A DNA stretch of 63,923 nucleotides, the filler included, from Octopus bimaculoides (taxonomy: Eukaryota), in NCBI RefSeq assembly GCF_001194135.2. It is 7 parts of 5 records of this genome, joined end to end, with 100 filler letters (N's around TTAATTAATTAA, not from the genome) between each part and the next. Parts side by side here need not be neighbours in the genome. Positions count along the whole stretch, not along the records: positions 1 to 12,581 come from NC_068983.1; 6 more parts are not named here. One strand, written 5' to 3'. Position 1 is the stretch's first letter; each line of letters opens with the position of its first letter. Below the pieces are notes generated by a model that made no database searches, was not told the DNA's origin, and saw only the letters and a program-made list of their open reading frames with translations. Position numbers and translations under genes: made by a program. This document shows positions 1 through 11,982 of this stretch, piece by piece.

Positions 1-16
1 GGCCACCCTTCTCGTT

Positions 17-300
17 ATAGATAGATAGATAGATAGATAGGTAGGTAGGTAGGTAGGTAGGTAGGTAGGTTAGTAGGTATGTAGGTAGGTAGATAGATAG
101 ATATATAGATAGGTAGGTAGTTAGGTAGATAGAAAGATAGATAGGTAGGTAGATAAATAGTTAGACAGACAGACAGATAGATAAATAGAAAGATAGATAG
201 GTAGACAATCAGACAGACAGATAGATAGATAGATAGATAAATAGAGAAGGATAGATAGATAGATAGATAGATAGATAGGTAGACAGACAGACAGATAGAT
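17..300. repeat. (ATAG)n/(GTAG)n/(ACAG)n compound tetranucleotide microsatellite
   Basis: Direct reading: runs of atag, gtag and acag units. The ORF at 15..329 is just its translation. Confidence 0.97.
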
Positions 301-301
301 A

Positions 302-533
302 GGCGGCGAGCTGGCAGAAATGTTAGCACACCGGGCGAAATGCTAATCGGTATTTTGTCTGCCGTTACGTTCTGAGTTCAAATTCCGCTGAGGTCGGCTT
401 TGCCTTACATCCTTTCAGGGTTGATGAATTAAGTACCAGTTACGAACTGGGGTCGATGTAATCAACTTAATCCCTTTGTCTGTCCTTGTTTGTCCCATCT
501 ATGTTTAACCCCTTGTGGGCAATAAAGAAATAA
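302..533 (+). mobile_element. SINE family A (GGCGGCGAGCTGGCAGAA head), full-length copy
   Basis: Near-identical copies at 3362-3586 (+) and 13741-13971 (-). Has a box-B-like GAGTTCAAATTCC and ends AATAAAGAAATAA. Resembles tRNA-derived octopus SINEs (recalled, not searched). Confidence 0.88.
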
Positions 534-605
534 GATAGACAGATAGACAGACAGACAGATAGACAGACAGACAGATAGATAAATGGATAGATAGTTAGAT
601 AGTTG

Positions 606-659
<54 letters not shown>

Positions 660-712
660 GAGATAGATAGACAAACAGACAGACAGACAGACAGATAGAT
701 AGATGGAGAGAT
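534..712. repeat. (ATAG)n/(ACAG)n microsatellite continuing from the SINE tail
   Basis: Direct reading. Confidence 0.95.
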
Positions 713-828
713 TATAAACAAAAGTAATATGGAAGTGACATGAAGTCAACACTGAACCTGTGAATGAACGGATTGTTTGAAGCTCAAATGATACAAAAAC
801 TAAATAAGCATTTCATTCTTTACCACAG

Positions 829-892
829 AAGATCAACATCTAAAAACATTACTTGCCTTTGGAACATAAATAACAACACATTTGCAGACCAG
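829..892 (+). CDS. Candidate internal coding exon of an unidentified gene (RSTSKNITCLWNINNNTFADQ)
   Basis: Acceptor ttcattctttaccacag, donor CAG|gtaata, one open frame, unique sequence. No homology recognised. Confidence 0.25.
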
Positions 893-1317
893 GTAATAAA
901 AGCAAGCAAGCAAGCACGTTCTTTTCCAAATTATTTAAGAACATGCATTATATGGTTATATTACAACTAGTTTGGGGAGAGCAAGAAGGATCAGGTTCTT
1001 TTCTGTGTTTTTTATAGCTTCTTTGTTTTTGTTTTTAGCATGTCTTTCAAAAGAAAGTTGGTTCCATTTACTTGGCACTAAAATATTTTGGAATAATTAA
1101 ATTCATTCACATCACTAAATTGATTTCATATAAAACAAGAAGAAGTTTAGTAACTGCTGCAACTCTTCGAGACTAGCGCAAAACAAATGCGCACATCTGT
1201 ACGCATGGACACATGTGCAAACATCGGCACACACACTCATACAACTGCTTTTTTGTTAATTGACATTGAAAAGTTGGGCCTGACAGATTTCACGAATTAT
1301 TTCAGTCAAAAAATAAA

Positions 1318-1475
1318 CTAAATACATAAATAAATAAAATAGAATACAAATATAAAAAAATATTCTTGCAATAAATAAATAAATAAATAAAATACAAATA
1401 TAAAAAAAAATTCTTGCAATAACTAAATAAAATAAAATACAAATATAAAAAAATATCTTTGCAATAAATAAATAT
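1318..1475. repeat. AT-rich minisatellite, ~45-bp unit, about 3.5 copies
   Basis: The unit aataaataaataaaatacaaatataaaaaaa(t)attcttgc recurs. Confidence 0.8.
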
Positions 1476-2205
1476 AAACACACACACATATATATATATA
1501 CATATGCATACATATAAATATGTGCAGATATACATACATATATATATGTATATATATAAATATGNNNNNNNNNNNNNNNNNNNNNNNNNNNNNNNNNNNN
1601 NNNNNNNNNNNNNNNNNNNNNNNNNNNNNNNNNNNNNNNNNNNNNNNNNNNNNNNNNNNNNNNNNNNNNNNNNNNNNNNNNNNNNNNNNNNNNNNNNNNN
1701 NNNNNNNNNNNNNNNNNNNNNNNNNNNNNNNNNNNNNNNNNNNNNNNNNNNNNNNNNNNNNNNNNNNNNNNNNNNNNNNNNNNNNNNNNNNNNNNNNNNN
1801 NNNNNNNNNNNNNNNNNNNNNNNNNNNNNNNNNNNNNNNNNNNNNNNNNNNNNNNNNNNNNNNNNNNNNNNNNNNNNNNNNNNNNNNNNNNNNNNNNNNN
1901 NNNNNNNNNNNNNNNNNNNNNNNNNNNNNNNNNNNNNNNNNNNNNNNNNNNNNNNNNNNNNNNNNNNNNNNNNNNNNNNNNNNNNNNNNNNNNNNNNNNN
2001 NNNNNNNNNNNNNNNNNNNNNNNNNNNNNNNNNNNNNNNNNNNNNNNNNNNNNNNNNNNNNNNNNNNNNNNNNNNNNNNNNNNNNNNNNNNNNNNNNNNN
2101 NNNNNNNNNNNNNNNNNNNNNNNNNNNNNNNNNNNNNNNNNNNNNNNNNNNNNNNNNNNNNNNNNNNNNNNNNNNNNNNNNNNNNNNNNNNNNNNNNNNN
2201 NNNNN

Positions 2206-2319
2206 ACGTTTGCCAGTTTCGGTGAGATTATTGTTAAACATACAGTACTGTATTCCCTTGCTCAAGAACTTTTCGAGGCAAACTATAAAAGTTTACTCAA
2301 ACTTCACCAATTAGCATAA
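2206..2319 (+). CDS. Candidate terminal coding exon (..TFASFGEIIVKHTVLYSLAQELFEANYKSLLKLHQLA*), 5' end lost in a gap
   Basis: Protein-like amphipathic composition. The TAA stop is followed by AT-rich sequence with several AATAAA. No acceptor is visible because of the gap. Confidence 0.35.
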   Translation, partial: TFASFGEIIVKHTVLYSLAQELFEANYKSLLKLHQLA

Positions 2320-3009
2320 AGGAAGAATGTTTTTAAAGAATTAATTGATAATCTGATGATTTTGATATAGAAAGAATAAAATAATAAAATGAATAAAGAA
2401 ATGGATTTTCATTTTAAAAAACGTTTTTGTACGTGCTAATGTTATGTATAAAATAATTGCAAACAATATTTTTTTTTTTTTTTGCATTTCACAGAAGTTG
2501 TCATAAAAGTTTTGAAAAAATTATAAGAGGATTATTATTTTCATTGTAATAGCAAGAAATTTATCAGATATGACTGTTAAAGAATAAATAGATCTCAGAT
2601 ATTGGAATGTAATAATTTGAAGATACTGTTCATGTTTTGCAATGTGTATGCATATGTCTGTATGCGTTTCTACTTGCACAAGCATGTGTGTGTGTGTATA
2701 ACAGCCTGACTCATCTCCACATTAATTAGTGTGGAGATGAAGTGGATATATCCTGTGTCCATGAAACCTCAAGTAATGTGGTGCTGATTTAAACTGATTA
2801 AATAAATATATATTCTACCAAACGTATTGAATGCTACTCTATTTCATTAGCTCGCTCACTGCTATGTATTGAGCGTTTATGCCATTTACTCATTCTAGTC
2901 TTCAGACTCTGACCAAGCTGGGGCACTCGTCTTGAAAAGTTTATTTTAAAACTTCGTATTTATTCAATGACTTTCTTGTTGCAGAAACAATAAATCACAG
3001 GGATGTAAA

Positions 3010-3310
3010 CAAACCAACACTAATTATCATGCAGTGGTGGTAGACAAAGAGAAACACACACATACATACACACATACACATACACACATACATGCACATA
3101 CACACATATACATGCACACAGACACACACACAGACACACATACACACGTACACACACACAATGGGATTCTCTTATTTTCTGTCTACCAAATCCACTCACA
3201 AGTCTTTGATTGGCCCAGGGCTATAGTAGATTACATTCACCTAAGGTGTTGCACAGTGGGATAAAAACCAAAACCAGATGATTCAGATGCAAACTTCTAA
3301 CTACAGCAAC
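3010..3310 (-). mobile_element. SINE family B copy (internal CA microsatellite)
   Basis: Reverse complement of ...gccttgtgagtggatttggtagacggaaactgaaagaa..., the motif seen at 36230-36330. Confidence 0.8.
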
Positions 3311-3361
3311 ACTAGTGTGTGTGTGTGTGTGTAACTGCTACCTTTTCTTTTCCATGTTTAA

Positions 3362-3586
3362 GGCGGCGAGCTGGCAGAATTGTTAACACGCCGGGCGAAA
3401 TGCTTAGTGGTATTTCATCTGCCGTTACAATCTGAGTTCAAATTCCACCAAGGTCGACTTTGCCTTTCATCATTTTGGGGTCGATTAGATAAGTACCAGT
3501 TATACACTAGGGTCAATGTAATCGACTTAATCCATCCCTTTGTTTGTCCCCTCTGTGTTTACCCCCCTGTGGGCAATAAAGAAATA
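3362..3586 (+). mobile_element. SINE family A, full-length copy
   Basis: Colinear with 302-533. Confidence 0.88.
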
Positions 3587-4218
3587 TATATTTAACGTGA
3601 GGTTGCCCTACATCGTCCCCTACTCAGCATGCCTCACTGTCTTAACATTCCCCAACTCTCTCACACCAACTCCTGATGTTACTTTCCTTTTTTCCCTTTT
3701 ACTCCATTTCCTAGCATTGTTTCTATCCCCTTTCTGCAATAAACCTAAGTAACTCCCATAAGAACTGTCCAGTTCATAATGACATGACAGATGGACAGAA
3801 TGATCCCAACCCTGGGACAACCTGCTCAATCTACCCTGTTACCATTACTTCATTGATCTCACTCTCTTTCGCATTGGTCCCTGACATTTCTTTCCTTTCC
3901 CCCTCTCCCCTGTCTCCTTCACTTTCGACACAGCTCTTTCTCTCTCTTATTCTCGCCATTTCCTTCTCATAATAAATCTGTTCCTTCTATCATTTTGTTA
4001 CTCTCACAATCACAAAAGTTTCTGCTCTTTGGAGTAAGTGGGTCCCATTCTACCTCCATCAATTGCCTTACCTTTCCATCTTACATAAGCCGAATTATCT
4101 TCAGTCCCAGCAGGTTCTAACTGACCACTAACTACATCCAATCTTTCTTCCCCAGAAAATTGGTTCTGTCAAATTTCCTACCTACACACGCCTCTTTCTT
4201 ACAGTTATTGTCTTGCAA

Positions 4219-4320
4219 CAGGTCGATAAATTAAGTACCAGCTGTATACTGGAGTCGATCTAATCAACTGGCCTCCTCCCCCAAAATTTCAGGCCTTGTG
4301 CCTAGAGTAGAAAAGAAAAG
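4219..4320 (+). mobile_element. SINE family A-like 3' half
   Basis: ggtcgataaattaagtaccag...ggagtcgatctaatcaact matches the family A middle. Confidence 0.6.
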
Positions 4321-4384
4321 GATGTTTTTTAAGTTTTCAAAAAAAACTTTTCTGTTTGGATAGAATATGAAGTGTTCTTTTTAT

Positions 4385-4670
4385 TTGATGCCAGTCTGGC
4401 GGTACTGGCAATGCCCACGCTCAAATGGTGCTTTTTATGTGCTACCTGAACAGGAGTTAGTCCAATGTTTTGTTCACATGCCACCGGCTCAAGTGCCAGT
4501 AAGGCGAAGCTGGAAACGATCACGCTCAAATGATGCTTTTTACGTGCCACCGGCATGGGAGCGAGACCACTGCTCTGCCAGTGATCCTGCTGGGATGGTG
4601 CTGTTAGCACTCCACTGGCACAGGTGCCTCATCAGTGTTATATCCAGCCCACTTTGCGTCTGTATGTAAG
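4385..4670 (-). mobile_element. Family C (RTE-tail-like repeat), internal part with tandem subrepeats
   Basis: Matches 7950-8050. The motif acgctcaaatg.tgcttttta.gtgc.acc occurs twice, about 100 bp apart. Confidence 0.7.
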
Positions 4671-6302
4671 GCCTTTATGACCAATTATAATGAAATAATG
4701 AAGTGGATCAAGCTCAGTTGTTTCAGAGGGCCTACAACGATCTTTAGTTCAACCTTTTCCTCAAGGTTGTGGCAACTAAGAAAACAAATGTTCTGCACAG
4801 CATGTATGTAAACTTGTGCAAATATACAAAATGTGAATGCATTTTTACCTTTAATGCTCAGTCATAATAAATGCAATAAATAATTTAAAAGGCTTAAGCT
4901 GCCTGTTAAACCTTATACTGCATTAACTATGATGGAGCATAAATACTTTATTACTATACAACAGGTCCTATCACATAAGGTTATTTTTGTCATCAAATCC
5001 AATTATTGTTTAACAATCTATTTTTTTTTTAATTCCCCTGTCAACTGAAGTTCAAACAATTTATGGATATTTCACATCACTTCTCGTGCAAAGATTAATA
5101 TGAATCACATTGTTTTAAGCAACAATAAAGTCAAAATAATCTAATACAAACAAAGAAAAAAATTAAACAGAAATGCAAAGATTTTCTTTTTTTATTTGAG
5201 ATGAAGAATGATAAAAGAATTAATTTAATAGAGAAAATTAATCCACTGAAATATCTTTTTTTTTTTTNNNNNNNNNNNNNNNNNNNNNNNNNNNNNNNNN
5301 NNNNNNNNNNNNNNNNNNNNNNNNNNNNNNNNNNNNNNNNNNNNNNNNNNNNNNNNNNNNNNNNNNNNNNNNNNNNNNNNNNNNNNNNNNNNNNNNNNNN
5401 NNNNNNNNNNNNNNNNNNNNNNNNNNNNNNNNNNNNNNNNNNNNNNNNNNNNNNNNNNNNNNNNNNNNNNNNNNNNNNNNNNNNNNNNNNNNNNNNNNNN
5501 NNNNNNNNNNNNNNNNNNNNNNNNNNNNNNNNNNNNNNNNNNNNNNNNNNNNNNNNNNNNNNNNNNNNNNNNNNNNNNNNNNNNNNNNNNNNNNNNNNNN
5601 NNNNNNNNNNNNNNNNNNNNNNNNNNNNNNNNNNNNNNNNNNNNNNNNNNNNNNNNNNNNNNNNNNNNNNNNNNNNNNNNNNNNNNNNNNNNNNNNNNNN
5701 NNNNNNNNNNNNNNNNNNNNNNNNNNNNNNNNNNNNNNNNNNNNNNNNNNNNNNNNNNNNNNNNNNNNNNNNNNNNNNNNNNNNNNNNNNNNNNNNNNNN
5801 NNNNNNNNNNNNNNNNNNNNNNNNNNNNNNNNNNNNNNNNNNNNNNNNNNNNNNNNNNNNNNNNNNNNNNNNNNNNNNNNNNNNNNNNNNNNNNNNNNNN
5901 NNNNNNNNNNNNNNNNNNNNNNNNNNNNNNNNNNNNNNNNNNNNNNNNNTATATATATATATATATATGTTTAAAATGAAAAGCAGCAAAGTTTTGTAAA
6001 AGAGAAAAAACAAAAAGAACCTCTATTATTATTACAAATTGTTATTTATACAAGAGGCGATATTTTCTCAGAAACAGGATATGAATACTAATGATATGAT
6101 ATTTAGTGTTTACAACACTGATATCTGGTAAATTAGCATCCATGAATATTCATTGGTATTTACAATTGGGAATACAATGAAAAGAGAGTATAAGAATGCG
6201 AGGGAGAAGTCAAACCAAACCCACACCCTCCCCTCGATATTATATTCTTCATTGATTATAACATTCTTTGTAATGTGTTTTTGTTATTTTCAGAAACGTG
6301 TT

Positions 6303-6365
6303 GTGATTATTATTATTATCATTATTATTATTATTATTGTTATCATTGTGATTATTGACCTTATT

Positions 6366-6411
<46 letters not shown>

Positions 6412-6435
6412 CCATCATCATCATCACCATCATCA

Positions 6436-6466
<31 letters not shown>

Positions 6467-6506
6467 CATTATTATTACTATCATTATCATTATCATTAAG
6501 ATTATT

Positions 6507-6547
<41 letters not shown>

Positions 6548-6660
6548 CATTATTATTATTATTATTATTATCATTATTATTATTATTATTATTATCATCA
6601 TTGTCATCGTTATCGTCATCATCCTCATTATCATCATCATCATTTATTTATTTATTTATT
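6303..6660. repeat. (ATT)n/(ATC)n trinucleotide microsatellite
   Basis: Direct reading. It is the source of the poly-I, poly-M and poly-L ORFs. Confidence 0.97.
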
Positions 6661-7489
6661 TATATATTTATTTGTTTATTTCATCAGATTTCAAAATGAA
6701 CATTGTTTTTGGGCATTGAAAAGATTATAAAGCTATCATGTTTGCTGTTTTTGTTTTGTTTTTGTTGTTTTTTTTTTAGTTTGTTTCTTTATAGTTTTCC
6801 TTTTCTTTTTGTCATTTTCATTTGTTACACCATTAAACCATTAAGTATAATNNNNNNNNNNNNNNNNNNNNNNNNNNNNNNNNNNNNNNNNNNNNNNNNN
6901 NNNNNNNNNNNNNNNNNNNNNNNNNNNNNNNNNNNNNNNNNNNNNNNNNNNNNNNNNNNNNNNNNNNNNNNNNNNNNNNNNNNNNNNNNNNNNNNNNNNN
7001 NNNNNNNNNNNNNNNNNNNNNNNNNNNNNNNNNNNNNNNNNNNNNNNNNNNNNNNNNNNNNNNNNNNNNNNNNNNNNNNNNNNNNNNNNNNNNNNNNNNN
7101 NNNNNNNNNNNNNNNNNNNNNNNNNNNNNNNNNNNNNNNNNNNNNNNNNNNNNNNNNNNNNNNNNNNNNNNNNNNNNNNNNNNNNNNNNNNNNNNNNNNN
7201 NNNNNNNNNNNNNNNNNNNNNNNNNNNNNNNNNNNNNNNNNNNNNNNNNNNNNNNNNNNNNNNNNNNNNNNNNNNNNNNNNNNNNNNNNNNNNNNNNNNN
7301 NNNNNNNNNNNNNNNNNNNNNNNNNNNNTATACACACATGTGTGCATGTGTGTGTATATATATTTAGATATGCATATATATGTATGAGCGTCTGATAATA
7401 CAGTACTTGTACCACGTCCTCACATTATTGTTTTTCTTTTTTTGTTCTTCGTTGTTTGAATTCACTATATATATATATTTGTGTGTGTG

Positions 7490-7528
<39 letters not shown>

Positions 7529-7576
7529 ATGTATAAATATATATATATGGATATAAACATACATATATATTCATAT

Positions 7577-7721
7577 CATCATCATCATCATCGTTTAACG
7601 TCCGCTTTCCATGCTAGCATGGGTGGGACGATTTGACTGAGGACTGGTGAAACCGGATGGCAACACCATACATATATATATATATATATGTATGTATATA
7701 TATATAGAGAGAGAGATAGAG

Positions 7722-7753
<32 letters not shown>

Positions 7754-8050
7754 ATATAGATATATCATTGTTTAACGTCTGCTTTCCATGCTGAAATGGG
7801 TTGGACGATTTGACTGAGGACTGGCGAAACCAGATGGCTGCACCAGGCTCCAATCTGATCTGGCAGAGTTTCTACAGCTGGATGCCCTTCCTAACACCAA
7901 CCACTCCGAGAGTGTAGTGGGTGCTTTTACATGCGACCGGCATGAGGGCCAGTCATGCGGTACTGGCAATGGCTACGCTCAAACAGTGTTTTTTACATGC
8001 CACCTGCACAGGGGCCAGTCCAGCGGCACTGGCAATGACCTCGCTCGAAT
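7577..8050 (-). mobile_element. Family C repeat: two 3' ends (7577-7666 and 7765-8050) with (GAT)n tail, separated by microsatellite
   Basis: catcatcatcgtttaacgtccgctttccatgctagcatggg..., also found at 16390, 24685, 29425 and (on +) at 14700-14930. Short tandem-repeat tails are typical of RTE-clade LINEs and their partner SINEs. Confidence 0.8.
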
Positions 8051-8459
8051 GTTTTTTTTTAAAGTATTAGAGCAAAACATGCTGTGTACCAGTCCCCAGG
8101 GAGGATCAAGCTCCTGACCCCTGGTTTACAATACCAGTGCTCTAACCATATATGTGTGTGTGTGTATAGATATGTATATATAAGAAGAAGCAGATTACAC
8201 ACCATACATATCAGCAAAAGAAGAGTGGATGTGTGAATAATGACAGTATGTCTTGCTAAAATATCTAATTCAGTTTTCCATAAAACTTAGAATGATTTAA
8301 AATAAAATGTAGTAAATCAATGGAAAGTATTTGTCAGCATGAAAAGATTCCCAAGGTTAAAGCAGGCAAGTACTTGTATATTAGAACCTCTAGTCCAAAA
8401 ATCTTCTTAACCTAGGTGGTAGCATCCCTTATGGGCATTGGTGAACTCACAAAGGATTG

Positions 8460-8920
8460 TTAACCATCAAAACTTGGGTGTGGGGGCCTATGGATGTACA
8501 GTTGGTTTAAAAGGTGGGGGTCCTGATATTTCATAGAAATAAAATCTTTATTTGGATGTAAAGGGTAAAGTGGTAAAGACCCTCTTTTGTCATGAATGAT
8601 CATGGGAGGGATTGCACATAGAATGTTCGCCTCCAAGGTATGAATCCAAACAAGAATACTTATGGAAAACCAGTAATCACCCTCTGCATCCCAGCCTCTC
8701 CTCTCCACACCACTGATGTTATCCAAGGGAAAAGTAAAGGCCGATGCACCTTGGCACCAGTGACCTCACAACTCATTTCTACAGCTGATTGAACTGCAGC
8801 AATATGAAATAAAGTGTCTTGCTCAAGAACACAACAGACAGCCTGGTCCAGGAATTGAACTCACTACCTCATGATTGTGAGCTTGATGCTCTAAGCACTG
8901 AGACATGCACCTTCACATTT
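8460..8920 (-). mobile_element. tRNA-headed SINE family D
   Basis: The minus strand reads tgtgaaggtgcatgtctcagtgcttagagc...gagttcaattcctgg (A/B boxes), then gtgttcttgagcaagacactttatttc. Confidence 0.75.
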
Positions 8921-9261
8921 GGAATAACAAAAAAGAAATGAAAGCATATTTGAAATATAAATATTATTTGGATATAGTATTTATATTTTAATTATACTTT
9001 CATTTTTTTATATATAAATTATAATACTGAAATGTGTCATCAGTTAGCAGAAATATGACAGGTTATGTTCCAAATTCCATTATAATTTTGTTGTCAAAAT
9101 CCTCACTTTCTTCAGTAATTTTTTTGAGAAAATTAATATAAGAGACACAAGTTCATGTAAATATCTAAAGTACATTTTAGATCAGATAATAAATCACTGT
9201 GAAAATTAGCATCCATTGATAGTTATAATCTGCAGTATATTTTTATTCATTGGATGCTAGA

Positions 9262-9640
9262 GTGGAGGTGCAATGGCCTAGTGGTTAGGGCAGCAAACTC
9301 ACGGTTGTAGGATCGTGGTTTCTATTCCCAGACTGGGCGTTGTGAGTTTTTATTAAATGAAAACACCTAAAGCTCCATGAGGCTCTGGCAGGGTGAGGGG
9401 GGAACCCTGCTGTACGCTTTCACTACAACTTTCTCTCACTCTTTCTTCCTGTTTCTGTTGCACCTGTATTTCAAAGGGGGCCAGCCTTGTCATACTCTGT
9501 GTCATGCTCAATCTCACCAAGAACTACATTAAGGGTACACGTGTCTGTGGAGTGCTCAGCCACTTGCATATCCTTTTCACGAGCAGGCTGTTCCGTTGAT
9601 CTGATCAACTGGAACCCTCGTCGTCGTAACCAATGCAGTG
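9262..9640 (+). mobile_element. tRNA-headed SINE, near full length
   Basis: Box A TGGCCTAGTGG at ~9272, box-B-like GGTTTCTATTCC, 3' end ...ggaaccctcgtcgtcgtaacc. Confidence 0.8.
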
Positions 9641-9699
9641 TCACATAATTGGATGCCAGAATTGCTGACGTTGCTAAGATTCATGAAAAAGGAGAAAAG

Positions 9700-9960
9700 C
9701 TATGTTTGCTGTCTTCCGAGTTGCACTTTACGCCTCTCCTCAGCAATGGTCAGGATCTCAAATACAACTGGTTAAAATGGAATTCCTCTGAGGGATCTCT
9801 GGCGTATCATTACTTGATAGGGTGTGTAGCTCAGAGATCAGGGAGTCTCACCTGGTTGAGCTACTACGTTTTGGACATGCGATTAGAATGACACAGGAAA
9901 AAAATGCAAAATAGGTATTTCAAAGCAAACCAAATGGCTGAGACCAAAGGGATTAGCATA
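9700..9960 (+). pseudogene. Degenerate RTE-clade LINE ORF2 C-terminal fragment
   Basis: Translates ..QIQLVKMEFL*GISGVSLLDRVCSSEIRESHLVELLRFGHAIRM.., resembling the RTE pattern EMxFLRxIxGVxxxDRVxxxxIR...LRWFGHVxRM. Confidence 0.65.
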
Positions 9961-10339
9961 GCTAGAGTGTGTGTTGCCTGGGGCAGCCCTTCCACTTACC
10001 AAACAAAAAACACATACTACCTACACATTCCACAGACCCCACAAAAACACATATTGCCTATGGCAGACCTAAGAGTGGTGCCCCTTAAAAAGTGCCACCC
10101 AGGGTGAACCTCTCTTACCCATCTCCTTAGCTATGGTAGTGGACCTAGGGCTTAGTGAGAGAGAGTTATAGAGTGTTAGGGCAGTGAAGCATATTGAGTG
10201 GGAAAGAATGTAGGAGAACCACGTGATATACATGGTTGGGTTAAATGGTGTGTGTCGGATGGATGAAGGAAAGTTAAGATAATGTCAGAAAGTATATGAG
10301 GAAGAAGGAGCTGGTTCAGCAGCTTCCATAGTGTCACTT

Positions 10340-10640
10340 GGCCATGCTTGGGAATCCAGCAGGAAAATGTAATGACTATGACCCCTGATATAGACCTTGT
10401 GGAGGAAATACCCGAGGGTTCCATTCCTGTGACACTTGCAAGATTAGTTGGTTTCCTGGTTTCAGCGGAGTAGAAATTCCCCACCAGAATAGGACACCGA
10501 TCCATCACAGGGTTACTCATTTTTGCCTACTGAGTGGACTGGAGTAATGCAAAATGAAGTGTTCCTGGTGCAGGAATCAAAACCACAATCTTACGATCAT
10601 CAGTCCAACACTCTAACCACTAAGCCATGTCCCTCCACAT
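10340..10640 (-). mobile_element. tRNA-headed SINE family D-like
   Basis: The minus head tgtggagggacatggcttagtggttagagtgttggac...ggttttgattcct has A/B boxes. Confidence 0.7.
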
Positions 10641-10783
10641 TGATGATGATAAATATGTTTATCTTCACAGCATGCTGTTCAATAAATAAATGCACTGCTA
10701 CTGTAGGAAAGGAGCCAACTCATCTGGCAATATAACATAGAAGTGAAAATCTGATTTAAGAAAGATATCCTGAAAGAAAATAG

Positions 10784-11982
10784 ATACAGTTCCTGAAGAC
10801 ATTCAAATCTCTTCATGGCCATGAACCAAAACTCTGGTTACGGTTCATTGACGACGTATTTTTTGTCTTGGAAGGATCACAGGACAGTTTAATGAACTTC
10901 TCGCATTTCTGTGATTGTTATGCTAGAAACTATGGCTTTAAGTCCAACATAAAATTTACGTCTAGTTTTTCAAAAACTAGCGTTGAATTTTTGGACACAA
11001 AAGTCAAGTTTTCTGGAAGCAGAATAGCGACAGAGTTATTTTGCAAGCCCACGTCATCCCACATTTATCTTCACCACCGCTCCGATCATCTACATCATCT
11101 TATTCGGTCAAATCCGAAATCCCAATTTTTGAGGATAAAACGGATTTGTACTGACATAGAGGATTACTGGAAACATGCAAATGCTTTTGTATGTCATTAT
11201 GTCAAACGAGGTTACAGTGAATCACGTTTAAAGGAAATAGCAAATGAAATAGCTAAGATTAGCAAAGATAGTCAAACCTACACGCATAATTTTAGCAAAC
11301 AAAATACAATAGATGACAGAATTCCTTTAGTGATTAGCTGGCACCGACGTTTCACTGGCATTTCAAAAGTGTTGCATGAAAGTTACTAGCATGTGGCGAA
11401 AAAGTATCCCAGTTTCAAACAGATGTCCATTGTAGCCTTTTGACGGAATAAGAACATAAAAGAATTATTGACCTCTATATCTGACTAAAAAAAACGAACA
11501 TTGGAGTATCTACACGCTGTACCTTAAAGAACAGCCGCCAGAGAGGTAAGCCCTGTCCATTGTGCAACAACATGAGTGAAGTGAATTCCATCAGAAATCA
11601 TAACAGAAATGTTATGATTTATACAGAAGGGGGAACCTGTAAAGATTCCCATTTAGTGTACGGTGCAGAATGCACGAAACATAACTTGATTTATATTGGT
11701 TGTACAACGGAACAATTAAACAAAAGGTTTAATGGGCACAGATTCGACATCAGGCACAGGAAAAGTAGTTCAACAGAACTTGCTGAACATTTCGTTTCAA
11801 GCGGCTGCAATTTTGAAGACTTGAAACTGTATATTCTCAAAAAATATTCTGAATCTAACCCACTTTCACTTCTCAGAATGTATGAGGAGAAATATGTTTG
11901 CGGGTTATTAACATCACGCCTTAGAGGAATGAATGAGATGACAGGAGAATATCATCAAATTTATACAAAACTGTTTGATTGA
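10784..11982 (+). pseudogene. Disrupted PLE ORF (reverse transcriptase + GIY-YIG)
   Basis: Open 10784-11386, TAG at 11387-11389, further stops in the linker, GIY-YIG open from ~11520 to TGA at 11980-11982. Confidence 0.88.

Noticed and set aside
15-752. Long ORFs rich in I/Y/L/S or C/V/H/T throughout the track (e.g. 15-329, 6153-6719, 53841-54512, 57539-58490, 60621-61314)
   Set aside because: They are translations of microsatellites that lack stop codons in some frames; there is no protein-like complexity.
1423-2205. ORFs made mostly of X
   Set aside because: They span N gaps and carry no information.
2206-2319. Resemblance of LYSLAQELFEANY to sulfotransferase C-termini (LYxYAKxLF..RY)
   Set aside because: The preceding conserved N..D residues are absent, so the match is too weak to name a gene.
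7803-7835. CTGAGGA..GAAAC in family C, resembling a hammerhead core
   Set aside because: Only 5 nt (ctggc) lie between the core strands and cannot form stem II. It is better explained as a ctgg-cgaaa-ccag hairpin.
9262-9335. tRNA-like sequences (also the minus-strand heads at 8850-8915, 10570-10640 and 25320-25400)
   Set aside because: They have A/B boxes but no complete cloverleaf and continue into SINE bodies, so they are SINE heads, not tRNA genes.
11440-11445. In-frame TGA in the PLE as possible selenocysteine (Naiad-type)
   Set aside because: It falls at the conserved AF-R-R position, not at a Cys; CGA>TGA deamination explains it.
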